Part shown: positions 25,728-35,451 of the stretch, in pieces
Layout: each line of letters starts with the position of its first letter
Position numbering within the stretch: position 1 is the stretch's first letter
NCBI GenBank assembly: GCA_031404695.1
Contig: JANNIB010000346.1
Span: forward strand, 155-64,154
DNA length: 64,000 bases
Reading direction: 5' to 3'
Source: Acidobacteriota bacterium
Lineage (GTDB): Bacteria; Acidobacteriota; Vicinamibacteria; Vicinamibacterales; UBA2999
Translations under genes and position numbers: made by a program
Notes under the pieces: generated by a model
The model's database searches: none
The model's input: only the letters and a program-made list of their open reading frames with translations
Told to the model about the DNA's origin: nothing

Positions 25728-27058
25728 CACTGTCTTTCCGCCGTCAGGCTGAGCCCCGCGCCGTCGTTCACGTACACCACACGCCCGCCCACGATCGTCA
25801 CCGCGGCGGCGCCGCGGAACGTCCAGCCGTGGTACGGCGTGTTCTTCGACTTGCTGACAAGGCGCGTGCGGTCGATGGTGACGCTCTGTTCGGGCGCCAG
25901 GATGGTGATGTCGGCGACCTGGCCTTCGGCCAGGCTGCCACCGGCCACTTTCAGGATCCGCGCCGGGTTGACCGACATCAGCTCCACCAGGCGCGGCAGG
26001 CGGATCACGCCGCCGTGCACCAGCTTGTCGAGCGCGATCGGGATCGCGGTTTCGAGGCCGACGATGCCGAAGGGCGCGCGGTCGTACTCGACGTGCTTCT
26101 CGTCGGCATGGTGCGGCGCGTGGTCGGTGGCGATGACGTCGACGCTGCCATCGGCGATGCCGGCGAGCATGGCGTCGCGGTCCCTGGCCTCGCGCAGCGG
26201 CGGATTCATCTTGGTGTTGGTGTCGTAGGCCACCGGCGCGGCGATGAGGTCGTCGGTGAGCGTGAAGTGATGCGGCGCCACCTCACAGGTGACCGCGACG
26301 CCGCGGCTCTTGCCCTGGCGCACGGCCTCGAGCGTCGTCCAGGCGCTCATGTGGGCCACGTGCACGTGCCCGCCGACCATCTCGGCGATGAGGATGTCGC
26401 GGCCGGCGGTAATCGCCTCGGCGATGCCGGGAATACCCTTCAGGCCGAGCGAGGCCGCAATCGGCCCCTCGTGCGCCACGCCCTCGCCCTTGAGCGACGG
26501 GTCTTCGCAGTGTTCGATGAGCGGCATGCCGAACATGCCGGCGTATTCCATGGCGCGGCGCGCCAGCAGCGCCGTGGACACGGGATGGCCGTCGTCGCTG
26601 ATGGCGACGCAGCCGGCCGCCTTGAGCTCGGCGATGTCGGCGAGTTGCTCGCCCTGCTGCCCGCGCGAGACGGCGCCGATCGGGTAGACCCGCGCCAGGT
26701 TGGCATCCGCCGCCTTCTTGAGGATGAGCTCGGTGACGCCGGCGTTGTCGTTCACGGGCCTGGTGTTCGGCATGCAGGCGACAGCGGTGAAGCCGCCGGC
26801 CACCGCCGAGGCGACCCCGGTCGCCACCGTTTCCTTGTGCTCCTGCCCCGGCTCGCGCAGGTGCACGTGCATGTCGATGAACCCTGGACAGACCACGAAC
26901 GCCGGCGACAGCGCGATCACCTGGCCGCCGTCGGCCAGACTCACCGGCAGGTCGCGCCCGACCTTGGCGATGACGCCGCCGTCGACGAGCACGTCGTAGG
27001 CGCCGTCGATCCCATTTGCGGGGTCGACGACCCGCCCGCCCTTAAGCAACCACTTCAT
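25727..27058 (-). CDS. pyrC: Dihydroorotase
   Basis: 443-aa ORF with [14 protein letters not shown], a later DHAPH block and an amidohydrolase fold. It sits in a pyr gene context. Confidence 0.9.
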   Translation of the reverse strand: MKWLLKGGRVVDPANGIDGAYDVLVDGGVIAKVGRDLPVSLADGGQVIALSPAFVVCPGFIDMHVHLREPGQEHKETVATGVASAVAGGFTAVACMPNTRPVNDNAGVTELILKKAADANLARVYPIGAVSRGQQGEQLADIAELKAAGCVAISDDGHPVSTALLARRAMEYAGMFGMPLIEHCEDPSLKGEGVAHEGPIAASLGLKGIPGIAEAITAGRDILIAEMVGGHVHVAHMSAWTTLEAVRQGKSRGVAVTCEVAPHHFTLTDDLIAAPVAYDTNTKMNPPLREARDRDAMLAGIADGSVDVIATDHAPHHADEKHVEYDRAPFGIVGLETAIPIALDKLVHGGVIRLPRLVELMSVNPARILKVAGGSLAEGQVADITILAPEQSVTIDRTRLVSKSKNTPYHGWTFRGAAAVTIVGGRVVYVNDGAGLSLTAERQ

Positions 27059-28019
27059 CTTGAGCTCCGCCTCCGGCGAGGAGATACAACACCGCCATCC
27101 GCGCGGCCACGCCGTTGGCCACCTGATCCAGGATCACGGAATAGGGCCCATCGGCAACTTCGCTCGAGATCTCGACGCCGCGGTTGATGGGGCCAGGGTG
27201 CATCACGATGACGTCGGGCTTGGCCCGCGCCAGTCGTGCTTCGGTCATGCCGAACACGGTGAAGTACTCGCGCAGCGACGGGAAGAAACCGCCTTCCATG
27301 CGTTCGAGCTGGATGCGCAGCATCATCACGACGTCGGCGCCTTCGACGGCCGCCTCGACCGACGAGGTGGTCGTCACGCCCATCGCCGCCAGCCCCATCG
27401 GGATGAGCGTGGGTGGCCCGCACACCCACACCTCGGCGCCGAGTTTCGTGAGCAGCAAGACGTTGCTGCGCAGCACGCGGCTGTGCAGCAGGTCGCCGAC
27501 GATGGCCACCTTCAGGCCCGCGATCCGGCCCTTGCGCTCACGGATCGTGAAGGCGTCGAGCAGGGCCTGGGTCGGATGTTCGTGCAGCCCGTCGCCGGCG
27601 TTGATGATCGGCGACTTGCAGATGCGCGCCAGCAGGTGCGGCGCGCCCGACGAGGCGTGCCGGATCACGATCATGCTGGGCCCCATCGCCTCGATGTTCC
27701 GGGCCGTGTCCACCAGCGTCTCGCCCTTGACCACGCTGGAACTGGCGACCGCCACGCCGAGCGTGTCGGCGCTCAGGCGTTTCTCGGCAATCTCGAACGA
27801 CGTGCGCGTGCGCGTGGACGGCTCGAAGAACAGGTTCACGACGGTGCGGCCGCGCAGCGCCGGCACCTTCTTGATCTGGCGCTGCGAGATCTCCTTCATC
27901 GCCTCGGTGGTGTCGAGGATGAGCAGGATCTCCTCGGGCGTCAGCTCGGCGATGCCGAGCAGATCTTTGCCGCGCAGCGCCGTCGCCGGCTGTGCCACTT
28001 CCACGGTGGGCGCCGTCAT
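27042..28019 (-). CDS. pyrB: Aspartate carbamoyltransferase catalytic subunit
   Basis: The blocks [23 protein letters not shown] and [11 protein letters not shown] are present. It overlaps pyrC by 17 nt. Confidence 0.95.
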   Translation of the reverse strand: MTAPTVEVAQPATALRGKDLLGIAELTPEEILLILDTTEAMKEISQRQIKKVPALRGRTVVNLFFEPSTRTRTSFEIAEKRLSADTLGVAVASSSVVKGETLVDTARNIEAMGPSMIVIRHASSGAPHLLARICKSPIINAGDGLHEHPTQALLDAFTIRERKGRIAGLKVAIVGDLLHSRVLRSNVLLLTKLGAEVWVCGPPTLIPMGLAAMGVTTTSSVEAAVEGADVVMMLRIQLERMEGGFFPSLREYFTVFGMTEARLARAKPDVIVMHPGPINRGVEISSEVADGPYSVILDQVANGVAARMAVLYLLAGGGAQDEVVA

Positions 28020-28558
28020 GCTCCCGGCTCGCTTTCCACCGATACCTCATCGGTGCCGTCGGTGTCGCTGAGCCGCACGTGCACGTTCTCGCGTCGTGAG
28101 GTCGGGATGTTCTTGCCGACGTAGTCGGCCTTGATCGGCAGCTCGCGATGCCCGCGGTCCACCAGCACGACCAGCTGGATGGCCTTCGGGCGGCCGAAGT
28201 CGATGAGCGCGTCGAGCGCCGCCCGGGTGGTGCGGCCGGTGTAGAGCACATCGTCCACCAGCACGATCACCCGGTCGTCGAGCGAGAACGGAATCTCGGT
28301 TCGGCGCACCAGCGGCTGCGGCCCGACGGTCTGCCGCATCAAATCGTCGCGGTAGAGCGTGATGTCGAGCGCGCCGACCGGCACGTCGTCGCCGGAAATC
28401 GACTTGAGCGCCGCGGCAATGCGGCGGGCCAGCGGCACGCCGCGCGAGCGGACGCCGATGATGGCCAGGTTCTCGACCCCGCGATTGCGCTCGACGATCT
28501 CGTGCGCGATGCGCACGAGCGCGCGGCTGATGCGGTCGGCATCCATTACGACGGGCAT
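28016..28558 (-). CDS. pyrR: Bifunctional pyrimidine operon regulator / uracil phosphoribosyltransferase PyrR
   Basis: [25 protein letters not shown]...[39 protein letters not shown]. The ATG lies at 28558. Confidence 0.9.
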   Translation of the reverse strand: MPVVMDADRISRALVRIAHEIVERNRGVENLAIIGVRSRGVPLARRIAAALKSISGDDVPVGALDITLYRDDLMRQTVGPQPLVRRTEIPFSLDDRVIVLVDDVLYTGRTTRAALDALIDFGRPKAIQLVVLVDRGHRELPIKADYVGKNIPTSRRENVHVRLSDTDGTDEVSVESEPGA

Positions 28559-28745
28559 GCGGCCACCTTTCGCCCGGCCGCCGGCATGCGGGGCTCGGGG
28601 CTCGGGACTCGGGGCCCGGGGACATACGCAGCGGGAAGGGTGGAGCGGGCGCAGGACGCGCCTGGGGCGGACGTACGGACCGGCATGGACACCTCTTGGC
28701 GGGCTCGCAGGCCCGCGGTTAAAGAGGGCACCAGTATAGAGCACC
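28559..28745 (-). promoter_or_regulatory. pyrR 5' leader with a candidate promoter (-10 TATACT at 28738-28733) and a candidate PyrR-binding-type hairpin
   Basis: The minus-strand RNA reads GCCCUCUUUAACCGCGGGCCUGCGAGCCCGCCAAGAGGUG. It has a lower stem CCUCUU/AAGAGG, a UAAC bulge and an upper stem CGCGGGC/GCCCGC. The UUUAA...AGAGG layout is reminiscent of PyrR binding loops. CCACCCUUC could pair with the RBS GAAAGGUGG. Confidence 0.35.
28589..28620. repeat. Tandem heptamer G-run repeat (GGGGCTC GGGGCTC GGGACTC GGGGCCC GGGG) in the pyrR leader
   Basis: Read directly from the sequence. Five G-runs are separated by 3-4 nt. The pyrR transcript would carry the C-rich complement. Confidence 0.9.
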
Positions 28746-28761
28746 CGGCGCCCTCGTGTCC

Positions 28762-28913
28762 GGGCTAGGGGCTAGGGGCTAGGGGCTGGGGCTGGGGCGG
28801 GCAATCGTCACGCGGCGAAGTGAAGCACGACAAGCAGGGCTTGTGCATCGCCGCGATGCGGCGATGCGAACTCGTGACGCGGCACACCCCAGCCCCTAGC
28901 CCCCAGCCCCCAG
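28762..28913. repeat. G-run/C-run inverted-repeat element, copy A
   Basis: Left arm GGGCTAGGGGCTAGGGGCTAGGGGCTGGGGCTGGGG (28762-28797). Right arm CCCCAGCCCCTAGCCCCCAGCCCCCAG (28887-28913). The spacer is 89 nt. By hand alignment the arms pair at about 24/26 positions with one bulge. Confidence 0.9.
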
Positions 28914-28916
28914 TTC

Positions 28917-30713
28917 TCAGCGTCCGTACCCGGGAATGAACGTGACCGGCCGGGTCGCCGTGAACGTCGGCGTGAAGAAGTCGGTGCGGGCGCGGCCGTC
29001 CATATCGCGGCCGATCGGGAGGCCGAGGAAATACAGCAGTGTCGGCGCGATATCGGCGATCGACCCGCGCTCCAGGCGGCCCGGCTGCACGGCGGGTCCG
29101 ATCGCCAGGACGAAGCCGTCGGGGGCGCGTTCGTGCGTGCCGCTCAACTGCACGTCGCCGACCAGACGTTCGAGGATGCGCTTCGCGGGCGTCAGCGGCT
29201 CGATGCCGTGACCCGACACCACCAGCACGAGGTCGTCGGGACCGAGCGTGTCGTGGAGGCGACCCACGACTGCATCGAGCACGCCGTAGTAGTCGTCGAG
29301 CACGCTGCCGAAGGTCTCTCGCTCCGCTTCGGAGACGTCGCCGAACTCCTCCGGGGAGGCATAGCGCAGGAAGTAGTGCGCGACGGCGTCGAGCCCCGGC
29401 AGGCGCAGCGCCACGAAGCGCGAGGGACGCGAGGCCTCAATCATCTCGAGCAGCCGCAGATGGAGGCTGTCCGCCTGCACTGGCGCCGGATCGACACGGC
29501 CATCGGCATCGGCGCCGCGCGGCAGGCGTCCGGCGCGGGCGAGCACCTCGTGTGGGTCGGGCGAGAGCGGCATGGACGGGGCCGCCGTGACCGCGGTCCA
29601 GAGCGAGGGTGGCGACACCGCGGCGGCACCGTCGAGCGCGAACCTCGCATCATCGACGCGGTGCAGCACGTCGCTGACGACGTATCCGCGCAGCAGCGGC
29701 GCCGGATGCGTGAGCGGCCAGCCGACCACGCCGACCCGCACGCCTCGGTCGCTGAGAATGCGCCACAGCGGCAACGACGCCATCGATTCCGGCGTGTGCG
29801 GCTCGGCGCGCAGGAAGCCGTAGCGCACCAGCGCCTGCGAGAAGATGTAGTCGGGCAGCACGTCCACGCGCGGTCCGCCTTCGCTGGCGAGGTAGCGCGC
29901 GGCCGACCGGACACCGCTGGTCTGCGGCATGCGCCCGGTGGCCACCGTCGTCCAGATCGGCTCGGCCTGCGTCGGACGCAGCGTGGCCAGATAGGCCGAG
30001 GCGCCGGCGTCGAGCACGCGGCCGAAGTTCGGCAGGCGCCCTTCGGCCACCGCCAGCGTGATGTGGTCGAGCGACGCGCCGTCCACCGCCAGCAACACGA
30101 CGCGGCCTCCGGGCACGTCGGTGGCCGCAACCGGGCGCGCGGAGACCGGCGGCGGCGCGACCGGTCCTGGCGGAGACGAGCCGCGCAGCGTGAGCGGCAC
30201 CACCACCGACAGCGCCATCGTGGTCACCAGCAGCACGCCGCTCGGCGCCGTGCCGCGCCGACCGATGTGCGCCAGCGCCACGATCAGGAAGACGCCGCCG
30301 CAGATGGCCACCGCGACGGCGGCCAGCGTCATCCGCCGCGCCGTGTCGGGATCGAGGAACGGCGCGAAGTCGGCGGCGTTCAGCCACAGCACCGTGGCGC
30401 CGACGGCGGCCGAGATCGTGCACATCCAGGCGAGCACACGGACGCTCAGCCAGCCCGGCGACAGCACCTGCACGGCGGCCACCTGACGCAGCACCACCAG
30501 CGCGTAGAAGACGAGGATCGCGTTGGCGCCGTAGGCGAGACCGAACGCCGCAGCGAGCGGCCCGGCCGCCGACAGCGGGTAGGCCGGGTTCAGGTGCAGC
30601 GTCGCGATAGTGAGATACGCCGACAGCAGCGCGCTCGCAATCGCCGAGTTCGTCAGGACGCGCAGATACCGCACGTCCCGATTAGAACCCGAAACGCCGC
30701 GGCAACGAGTCAC
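28917..30713 (-). CDS. Membrane-anchored alkaline-phosphatase-superfamily protein (type I phosphodiesterase/nucleotide pyrophosphatase-like)
   Basis: About 5 N-terminal TM segments are followed by VVLLAVDGASLDHI, TLRPTQAEPIWTTVATG and LVLVVSGHG. The start is uncertain (ATG at 30713 or GTG at 30674). Confidence 0.7.
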   Translation of the reverse strand: MTRCRGVSGSNRDVRYLRVLTNSAIASALLSAYLTIATLHLNPAYPLSAAGPLAAAFGLAYGANAILVFYALVVLRQVAAVQVLSPGWLSVRVLAWMCTISAAVGATVLWLNAADFAPFLDPDTARRMTLAAVAVAICGGVFLIVALAHIGRRGTAPSGVLLVTTMALSVVVPLTLRGSSPPGPVAPPPVSARPVAATDVPGGRVVLLAVDGASLDHITLAVAEGRLPNFGRVLDAGASAYLATLRPTQAEPIWTTVATGRMPQTSGVRSAARYLASEGGPRVDVLPDYIFSQALVRYGFLRAEPHTPESMASLPLWRILSDRGVRVGVVGWPLTHPAPLLRGYVVSDVLHRVDDARFALDGAAAVSPPSLWTAVTAAPSMPLSPDPHEVLARAGRLPRGADADGRVDPAPVQADSLHLRLLEMIEASRPSRFVALRLPGLDAVAHYFLRYASPEEFGDVSEAERETFGSVLDDYYGVLDAVVGRLHDTLGPDDLVLVVSGHGIEPLTPAKRILERLVGDVQLSGTHERAPDGFVLAIGPAVQPGRLERGSIADIAPTLLYFLGLPIGRDMDGRARTDFFTPTFTATRPVTFIPGYGR

Positions 30714-30745
30714 GGACCGACGACCCGGAGGTCAATCGGTCCGTG
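30711..30745 (-). terminator. 10-bp GC-rich hairpin downstream of the DUF4394 gene (no U tract)
   Basis: CACGGACCGA (30711-30720) and TCGGTCCGTG (30736-30745) with a 15-nt loop. Confidence 0.3.
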
Positions 30746-30758
30746 CATCCCCCGCGTG

Positions 30759-31910
30759 CTACGGCTCGGTGACGGCTACCACCGTCCACGTCACCGTGCG
30801 CTGCACCAGCGTGCCGTCGTTCACATTCAAACGAACGACGAACGTGTGCGTTCCGGGGCCGGTGACCCGGCCACCGATATTCGGGCAGCGCAGCGAGGTC
30901 ACGCCATTGGCGGCGGTGCCGACGACGACGCACGACGCGATCACACTGGTGACGTCCAGGCCGTTGAACGTGATGGTGCCTGCCGCCAGGCCGCGCCCCT
31001 GGAGGTCGGCCAGCAGGACGATGTCGAAGTTCTGGCGGCTGGTGTAGGTGCCGGTCGGCGGCGAGACCAACAGCGCCGGGTCAACGATGGCGATGTCGTC
31101 CAGCGCCAGCGAACCATCGCCCACCGTGCCCGCCGAGGTCGCCGCACCGGTGCTCAGATTGACCGTGTAGAGCGTCAGCAGCCCTCCTGCCGGGCGCAGC
31201 ACCGCGTATGCCGCGTTGTTGCTGGCGATGTCGAATGCGGTGGTGCCTCCGGCGAAGGTGATGCCGAGAGGGCCGACGTCGGTGACGAGGCCGCCGTTGG
31301 GGCTTGGCGTGCCGTTGACGCCCCCAATCGTCGAGAGGCTGTTGGTGGTCTGGTTCAGCGCATACAAGGTGGTCGTGGTGGCGCCGGCGAAGGGATTGGT
31401 GTAAGCCGCGGCGTCAACGGTGACGGTGGCGGGATTGAGGTCGGTGTCGTTGGCAGCCAGCGAGCCGAAGTCAGGGTGGAGCCGGAGGTTCTCGTCCTGG
31501 TCGTTCACGACGCGGATGCGGTCCACGGTCGGGTTGAAATTGAGATCCCACGTGATGGCCGGCACCGGCACAGTCACCTGCGCCCCGACCAGCGACGCCG
31601 CGCCGGTCGTCGCATTGATGGTGTAGGTGCGCACCGCGGCGTTGCTCACGTCGGTGGCGATACCGTACAAGGCCCCGGTGGCCGGCCGGTAGTCGATCGC
31701 CTTCAGCGTGTCGCCGGCCGTCAGCCCGGTGACTGCCACGGGAGTGCCGACCGCACCGGGCGCGGCTGTGCTGAACCGGACCAGGCTATTGGTCCCCTGT
31801 ACGAGCCCGAGGACCTGCTGACCAACCCCCTGGCTGCTCGCGACTGAGGCGAAAACTGCCACACCTAGGAATGCCAGGGTGCCAGCAAGTGGAAAACGTG
31901 TCTCTCTCAT
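30759..31910 (-). CDS. DUF4394 domain protein, secreted
   Basis: Signal peptide MRETRFPLAGTLAFLGVAVFASVASS. The block LKAIDYRPATGALYGI and repeated beta-propeller-like segments are present. The longer ORF reaching 32018 is an extension. Confidence 0.8.
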   Translation of the reverse strand: MRETRFPLAGTLAFLGVAVFASVASSQGVGQQVLGLVQGTNSLVRFSTAAPGAVGTPVAVTGLTAGDTLKAIDYRPATGALYGIATDVSNAAVRTYTINATTGAASLVGAQVTVPVPAITWDLNFNPTVDRIRVVNDQDENLRLHPDFGSLAANDTDLNPATVTVDAAAYTNPFAGATTTTLYALNQTTNSLSTIGGVNGTPSPNGGLVTDVGPLGITFAGGTTAFDIASNNAAYAVLRPAGGLLTLYTVNLSTGAATSAGTVGDGSLALDDIAIVDPALLVSPPTGTYTSRQNFDIVLLADLQGRGLAAGTITFNGLDVTSVIASCVVVGTAANGVTSLRCPNIGGRVTGPGTHTFVVRLNVNDGTLVQRTVTWTVVAVTEP

Positions 31911-31998
31911 CGTGATTGCTCCAATCTGCCATGTCGTGGCTGCAAGAGCGCAGCCACGTGCCACCACGGGGGATCGTGGCGGAACCGCTAGCGGAACA

Positions 31999-34503
31999 CT
32001 AGAACCTGAACCGCACACCCAGCGTCGGCAGGCGCGGGATCGCTTGATCGCGCTTCTCGGCGATCGCCGGACGGTCCGACGTCGCGTCGTAGATCAACTC
32101 GGGGTCGAAGGCGCCGGCATTCTCGCGGTCGAGCAGGTTGATGACTTCGGCGTAGAGCTCCCAGCGTCCGGCGGCGCCGCGCGGCCGCCACGTGAGGCGG
32201 GCATCGACGCGCGCGAAGAGCGGCAGACGGGAGCCGTTGAGGTTGCCGACGCCGCCGAAGTCCACCGCGTACTCCAGCAGGCCGCGGGCATCCCGGGCCG
32301 GCAGGATCTCGTCGGTGATGCCGTCGGCATCGAGGTCGCGCGTGTCTTCGCGGCCGGCGACGCGCACGCCGAGTGGGGCCGTGCGCGGGAAGCCGGAGGC
32401 GAGCCGCGTGGTGGCCGCCAGCTCCCACCGCTGCGTGAAGGCATACGACGAGACCAGCGTGAAGGCGTGCCGACGGTCGTATTCGAACGGGTAGATACGG
32501 CCGTAGGCCTCGCGCTCGGCCTTGCCCCAGGTGTAGCTGGTCCAGCCGGTCAGCTTGCCGCCGCCCCGGCGGTTCACGAAGACGTCGAACCCGTACGAAC
32601 GTCCTTGCCCCTCGTTGGTCGGGATGGTCGTGATGAGCGGCGACCTCGGCAGGCTGCCCTGCAGCGGTGCCGGGAAGTCGTAGCGGGCCAGCCGCGCCAG
32701 CCGCTCGCTGTCGGGTTCGAGGCGGCCGATGAGCACGTCCGTGAAGCGCTTGAAGTAGCCCTCGACCTTGAGGGTCACCCCCGCCCCGAGCTCACGCTCC
32801 ACGCCAAGCGAGGTCTGCCACGCCCGCTCGCTCCTGAGCGAGCGCACCTCGGGACTCGTGAAGTCGAGCACGTAGTCGCTCTGCGCGAGCTTCTCGTAGC
32901 CGGGGCTCTGCGTGTAGAGGCCGGCCGCCCCGATGACGCGGGTCGACGCGTCGGGCGCGAGCGTCGCCGACAGGCGCGGCGACAGCAACGTCTCGCCGGT
33001 GATGCCGGCGCGGTCGGCCCTGAGTCCTGCCTGGAGCGACAGCCGCGAGGCGGCCTGCCAGGTGTCCTGCAGCCAGGCGCCGCCGCGGGTCGCGGTCGTC
33101 GACGACGCCAGCAGGTCGGGCAGGCCGGCGCCGCCCTGCACGCTCGAGCCGTTGGCGGCGACGGGATTGCGGTCGCCGAGGATCTCGAAGCGCTGCGAGG
33201 TCGAGAGCCGGTGCGCCTCCATTCCCGTTTCGATCATGTGGGAGCCGAGCGCCCACGCCAGTTCCTGGCGCAGCGACAGGTCCTTCACGCCGAGGCCGCG
33301 TTCGAAGATCACATTGGCCGTGCTGATGCTGTCGTCATCGGGCGCATTCGATCGCTGGCTGGTGTTCTCGAACGACGCATCGACGCCGAAGGTGGAGCGG
33401 GTGTCGGAGAACCCGAAAATCGTGTGCGACTGGCCGCGCGTGCCGAGCGTGGCATCGACGCGCAGCCACGCCAGATCGTTGTCGGTGTCGTCCTGGAACT
33501 CGCCGCGGGCGTCGTCTTGGTCGATCTCGAGCGCCGCGGCCTGCCGGCTGGTGAGGCTGAACGTCGTCACGCGGGTGCCGGCTGACGGCGCCCACGAGCC
33601 CCGGGCCTGCAGATCCTGGAACGCCGGAAAGTCCTGGTCGGTGATGCGCTCGGCGATGAGGTCGTAGTAGGTGCGGCGGCCGGTCACGAGCCACGAGCCC
33701 TTCGCGCCCTTCGGCAGGCCGCCTTCCAGCACCACGTTGGCGTCGGTGATGCTGAGCGACGCCGAGCCGTTCATCATGCCCTGGCCGCTGCGTCCGTCGC
33801 GGTTCTCGACCACCAGCAACGACGACAGCCGGTCCCCGTACTTGGCGCTGAAGCCGCCGGTCGCCAGTTCGAACCGCTGGATGATCTCGGGATTGAAGGC
33901 GCTCGTGAGACCGAACAGGCGATACGGGTCGTGCACCTCGACGCCGTCCATCATCGTGAGGTTCTGATCGGGCGAGCCGCCGCGCACGGAAAGACGGCTG
34001 CTGAATTCCTGGGTCGCGGCCACGCCGGGCAACGTCTGCAGCGTGCGGAAGACATTGTCGAGCGCGCCGGGCGTGCGCAGCACCTGCACCGGCGCCACCG
34101 TTTCAGCCGCCGGCGCCGCCGTGGGCGCCGATCCGACCACGGCGACGCTGGTCGCAAACCCCGCGTCACGCGCGAGTGACAGTTCAGCCGCCGTCACATC
34201 CGCCGCGGCGACGTCGAGTGTCGTCGCGAGCGGGAAGAATCCGGTGGCGACTACGACCACCTCGGCCGCGCCTGCGGGCACCCGCAAGGCGAAGCGCCCG
34301 GCCGGGTCGGTGACGGCCCGGGCCGCGCCCGACGTGACTTCGGCGCCGGAGATCGGCGCCTGGGAATCGGCCTCGACGACCACACCGGAAATGGTGCGCT
34401 CGGACGCCGGCGCTTGCGCCAGACCCACAGCGGCCAGGGGACCGGCACACAGAACGAGCGCGGCCAGAACACGAACGGAGAGCAGCGACAGCAGACTGGT
34501 CAT
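31999..34503 (-). CDS. TonB-dependent receptor with an N-terminal carboxypeptidase-regulatory-like domain
   Basis: MTSLLSLLSVRVLAALVLCAGPLAAVGLAQA is followed by ISGVVVEADSQAPISGAEVT (CarboxypepD_reg), a plug domain (RGGSPDQNLTMMDGVEV) and a C-terminal beta-barrel ending LPTLGVRFRF. ORF 31999..35373 upstream of 34503 is an extension. Confidence 0.9.
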   Translation of the reverse strand: MTSLLSLLSVRVLAALVLCAGPLAAVGLAQAPASERTISGVVVEADSQAPISGAEVTSGAARAVTDPAGRFALRVPAGAAEVVVVATGFFPLATTLDVAAADVTAAELSLARDAGFATSVAVVGSAPTAAPAAETVAPVQVLRTPGALDNVFRTLQTLPGVAATQEFSSRLSVRGGSPDQNLTMMDGVEVHDPYRLFGLTSAFNPEIIQRFELATGGFSAKYGDRLSSLLVVENRDGRSGQGMMNGSASLSITDANVVLEGGLPKGAKGSWLVTGRRTYYDLIAERITDQDFPAFQDLQARGSWAPSAGTRVTTFSLTSRQAAALEIDQDDARGEFQDDTDNDLAWLRVDATLGTRGQSHTIFGFSDTRSTFGVDASFENTSQRSNAPDDDSISTANVIFERGLGVKDLSLRQELAWALGSHMIETGMEAHRLSTSQRFEILGDRNPVAANGSSVQGGAGLPDLLASSTTATRGGAWLQDTWQAASRLSLQAGLRADRAGITGETLLSPRLSATLAPDASTRVIGAAGLYTQSPGYEKLAQSDYVLDFTSPEVRSLRSERAWQTSLGVERELGAGVTLKVEGYFKRFTDVLIGRLEPDSERLARLARYDFPAPLQGSLPRSPLITTIPTNEGQGRSYGFDVFVNRRGGGKLTGWTSYTWGKAEREAYGRIYPFEYDRRHAFTLVSSYAFTQRWELAATTRLASGFPRTAPLGVRVAGREDTRDLDADGITDEILPARDARGLLEYAVDFGGVGNLNGSRLPLFARVDARLTWRPRGAAGRWELYAEVINLLDRENAGAFDPELIYDATSDRPAIAEKRDQAIPRLPTLGVRFRF

Positions 34504-34593
34504 TCCGAAAACACCACAGGCAGGCACCCTCAGTATGACGCGGCCCGGTGTGGCGAGGTTCTGCCGGGCCCCGGGCGCACCCGCACTGTCACG

Positions 34594-34620
34594 CCCCAGC
34601 CCCCAGCCTCCAGCCCCCAG
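34594..34620. repeat. Solo C-run arm (CCCCAGCCCCCAGCCTCCAGCCCCCAG) just upstream of pyrK
   Basis: Same phased repeat family as 28887-28913 and 42359-42382. I see no complementary G arm within the 135-nt intergenic region. A TATACT hexamer follows at 34626-34631. Confidence 0.85.
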
Positions 34621-34638
34621 GGCGATATACTTTCCCCC

Positions 34639-35451
34639 GTGCCTCCCGTCGACGTACGCGCCTCCGTGATCTCGAACGTCCGGCTGTCGCGCGACTACAA
34701 CGTCCTCACCATTGCCGCGCCGGAAGTGGGCGCCCTCACCGAACCTGGTCAGTTCGTGATGCTGAAGACCACCGACGCCTCTGACCCGATGCTGCGGCGG
34801 CCGTTTTCGGTGTTCGAGGTGCTGCGCGACGACCTCGGCACAGTGCGCGCCATCAGCATCCTGAACAAACGCGCGGGCCGCACCACCGGACTCATCTACG
34901 GCCTCGAAGCCGGCGATCCGGTGTGGTGCCTCGGGCCGCTGGGCCTCCCCTTCAACCCGCCGACGAGCGGCGAAGCATGGATGGTGGCCGGCGGTGTCGG
35001 CCTGGCGCCGTTTGCCACGCTGGCCGAGGCGCTGATCGCGCTGAGCGTGCCGACCGCGCTCTTCTACGGCGCCCGCACGGCCGAGGAGCTCTACTACCTC
35101 GAGTTCTTCGACCGCCTGGGCGTGAAGCTCGTGCTCACCACCGAAGACGGCGCGCTCGGCGTGCAGGGGCGCGTGACCGGCCCGCTCGAAGAGTCGCTCA
35201 AGGGCCTCGACGGACCGAACCTGGTCACGATCTACGCCTGCGGCCCCGAGCCGATGCTGGCGGCCGTGGCGCGGCTGGCGCAACGTCACGGCCAGCCGAG
35301 CGAGGTGTCGATGGAACGCACGATGGGCTGCGGCCTGGGCGGCTGCTACAGCTGCGTGGTGCCGGTGACACATGCCGACGGGCAGACGCGCTACGTGCGC
35401 TCGTGCATCGGCGGGCCGGTGTTCGATGGCGCCACGGTGGTGTGGGAATGA
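34639..35451 (+). CDS. pyrK: Dihydroorotate dehydrogenase (class 1B) electron-transfer subunit
   Basis: FAD/NAD-binding blocks RRPFSVF and MVAGGVGLAP, and a C-terminal 2Fe-2S motif MGCGLGGCYSC. I infer a GTG start at 34639. The ORF track begins at 34414 inside the intergenic region. Confidence 0.85.
   Translation: MPPVDVRASVISNVRLSRDYNVLTIAAPEVGALTEPGQFVMLKTTDASDPMLRRPFSVFEVLRDDLGTVRAISILNKRAGRTTGLIYGLEAGDPVWCLGPLGLPFNPPTSGEAWMVAGGVGLAPFATLAEALIALSVPTALFYGARTAEELYYLEFFDRLGVKLVLTTEDGALGVQGRVTGPLEESLKGLDGPNLVTIYACGPEPMLAAVARLAQRHGQPSEVSMERTMGCGLGGCYSCVVPVTHADGQTRYVRSCIGGPVFDGATVVWE

Noticed and set aside
28762-28913. Possible CRISPR array, because of the short reiterated GGGGCT(A) units.
   Set aside because: The units are 6-7 bp with no spacers, the arms are each other's complement, and no cas genes are present. 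This is a simple tandem/inverted repeat, not a CRISPR array.
34504-35373. N-terminal extensions of track ORFs, for example the TonB receptor to 35373, the P1B ATPase to 44887, the GT-C protein to 40546, gabD to 10856 and the HEAT protein to 20092.
   Set aside because: The extensions overlap the upstream gene or an intergenic repeat and are Arg/Pro-rich with no homology signal. A signal peptide or domain start, with an RBS or a coupled start, lies further downstream.
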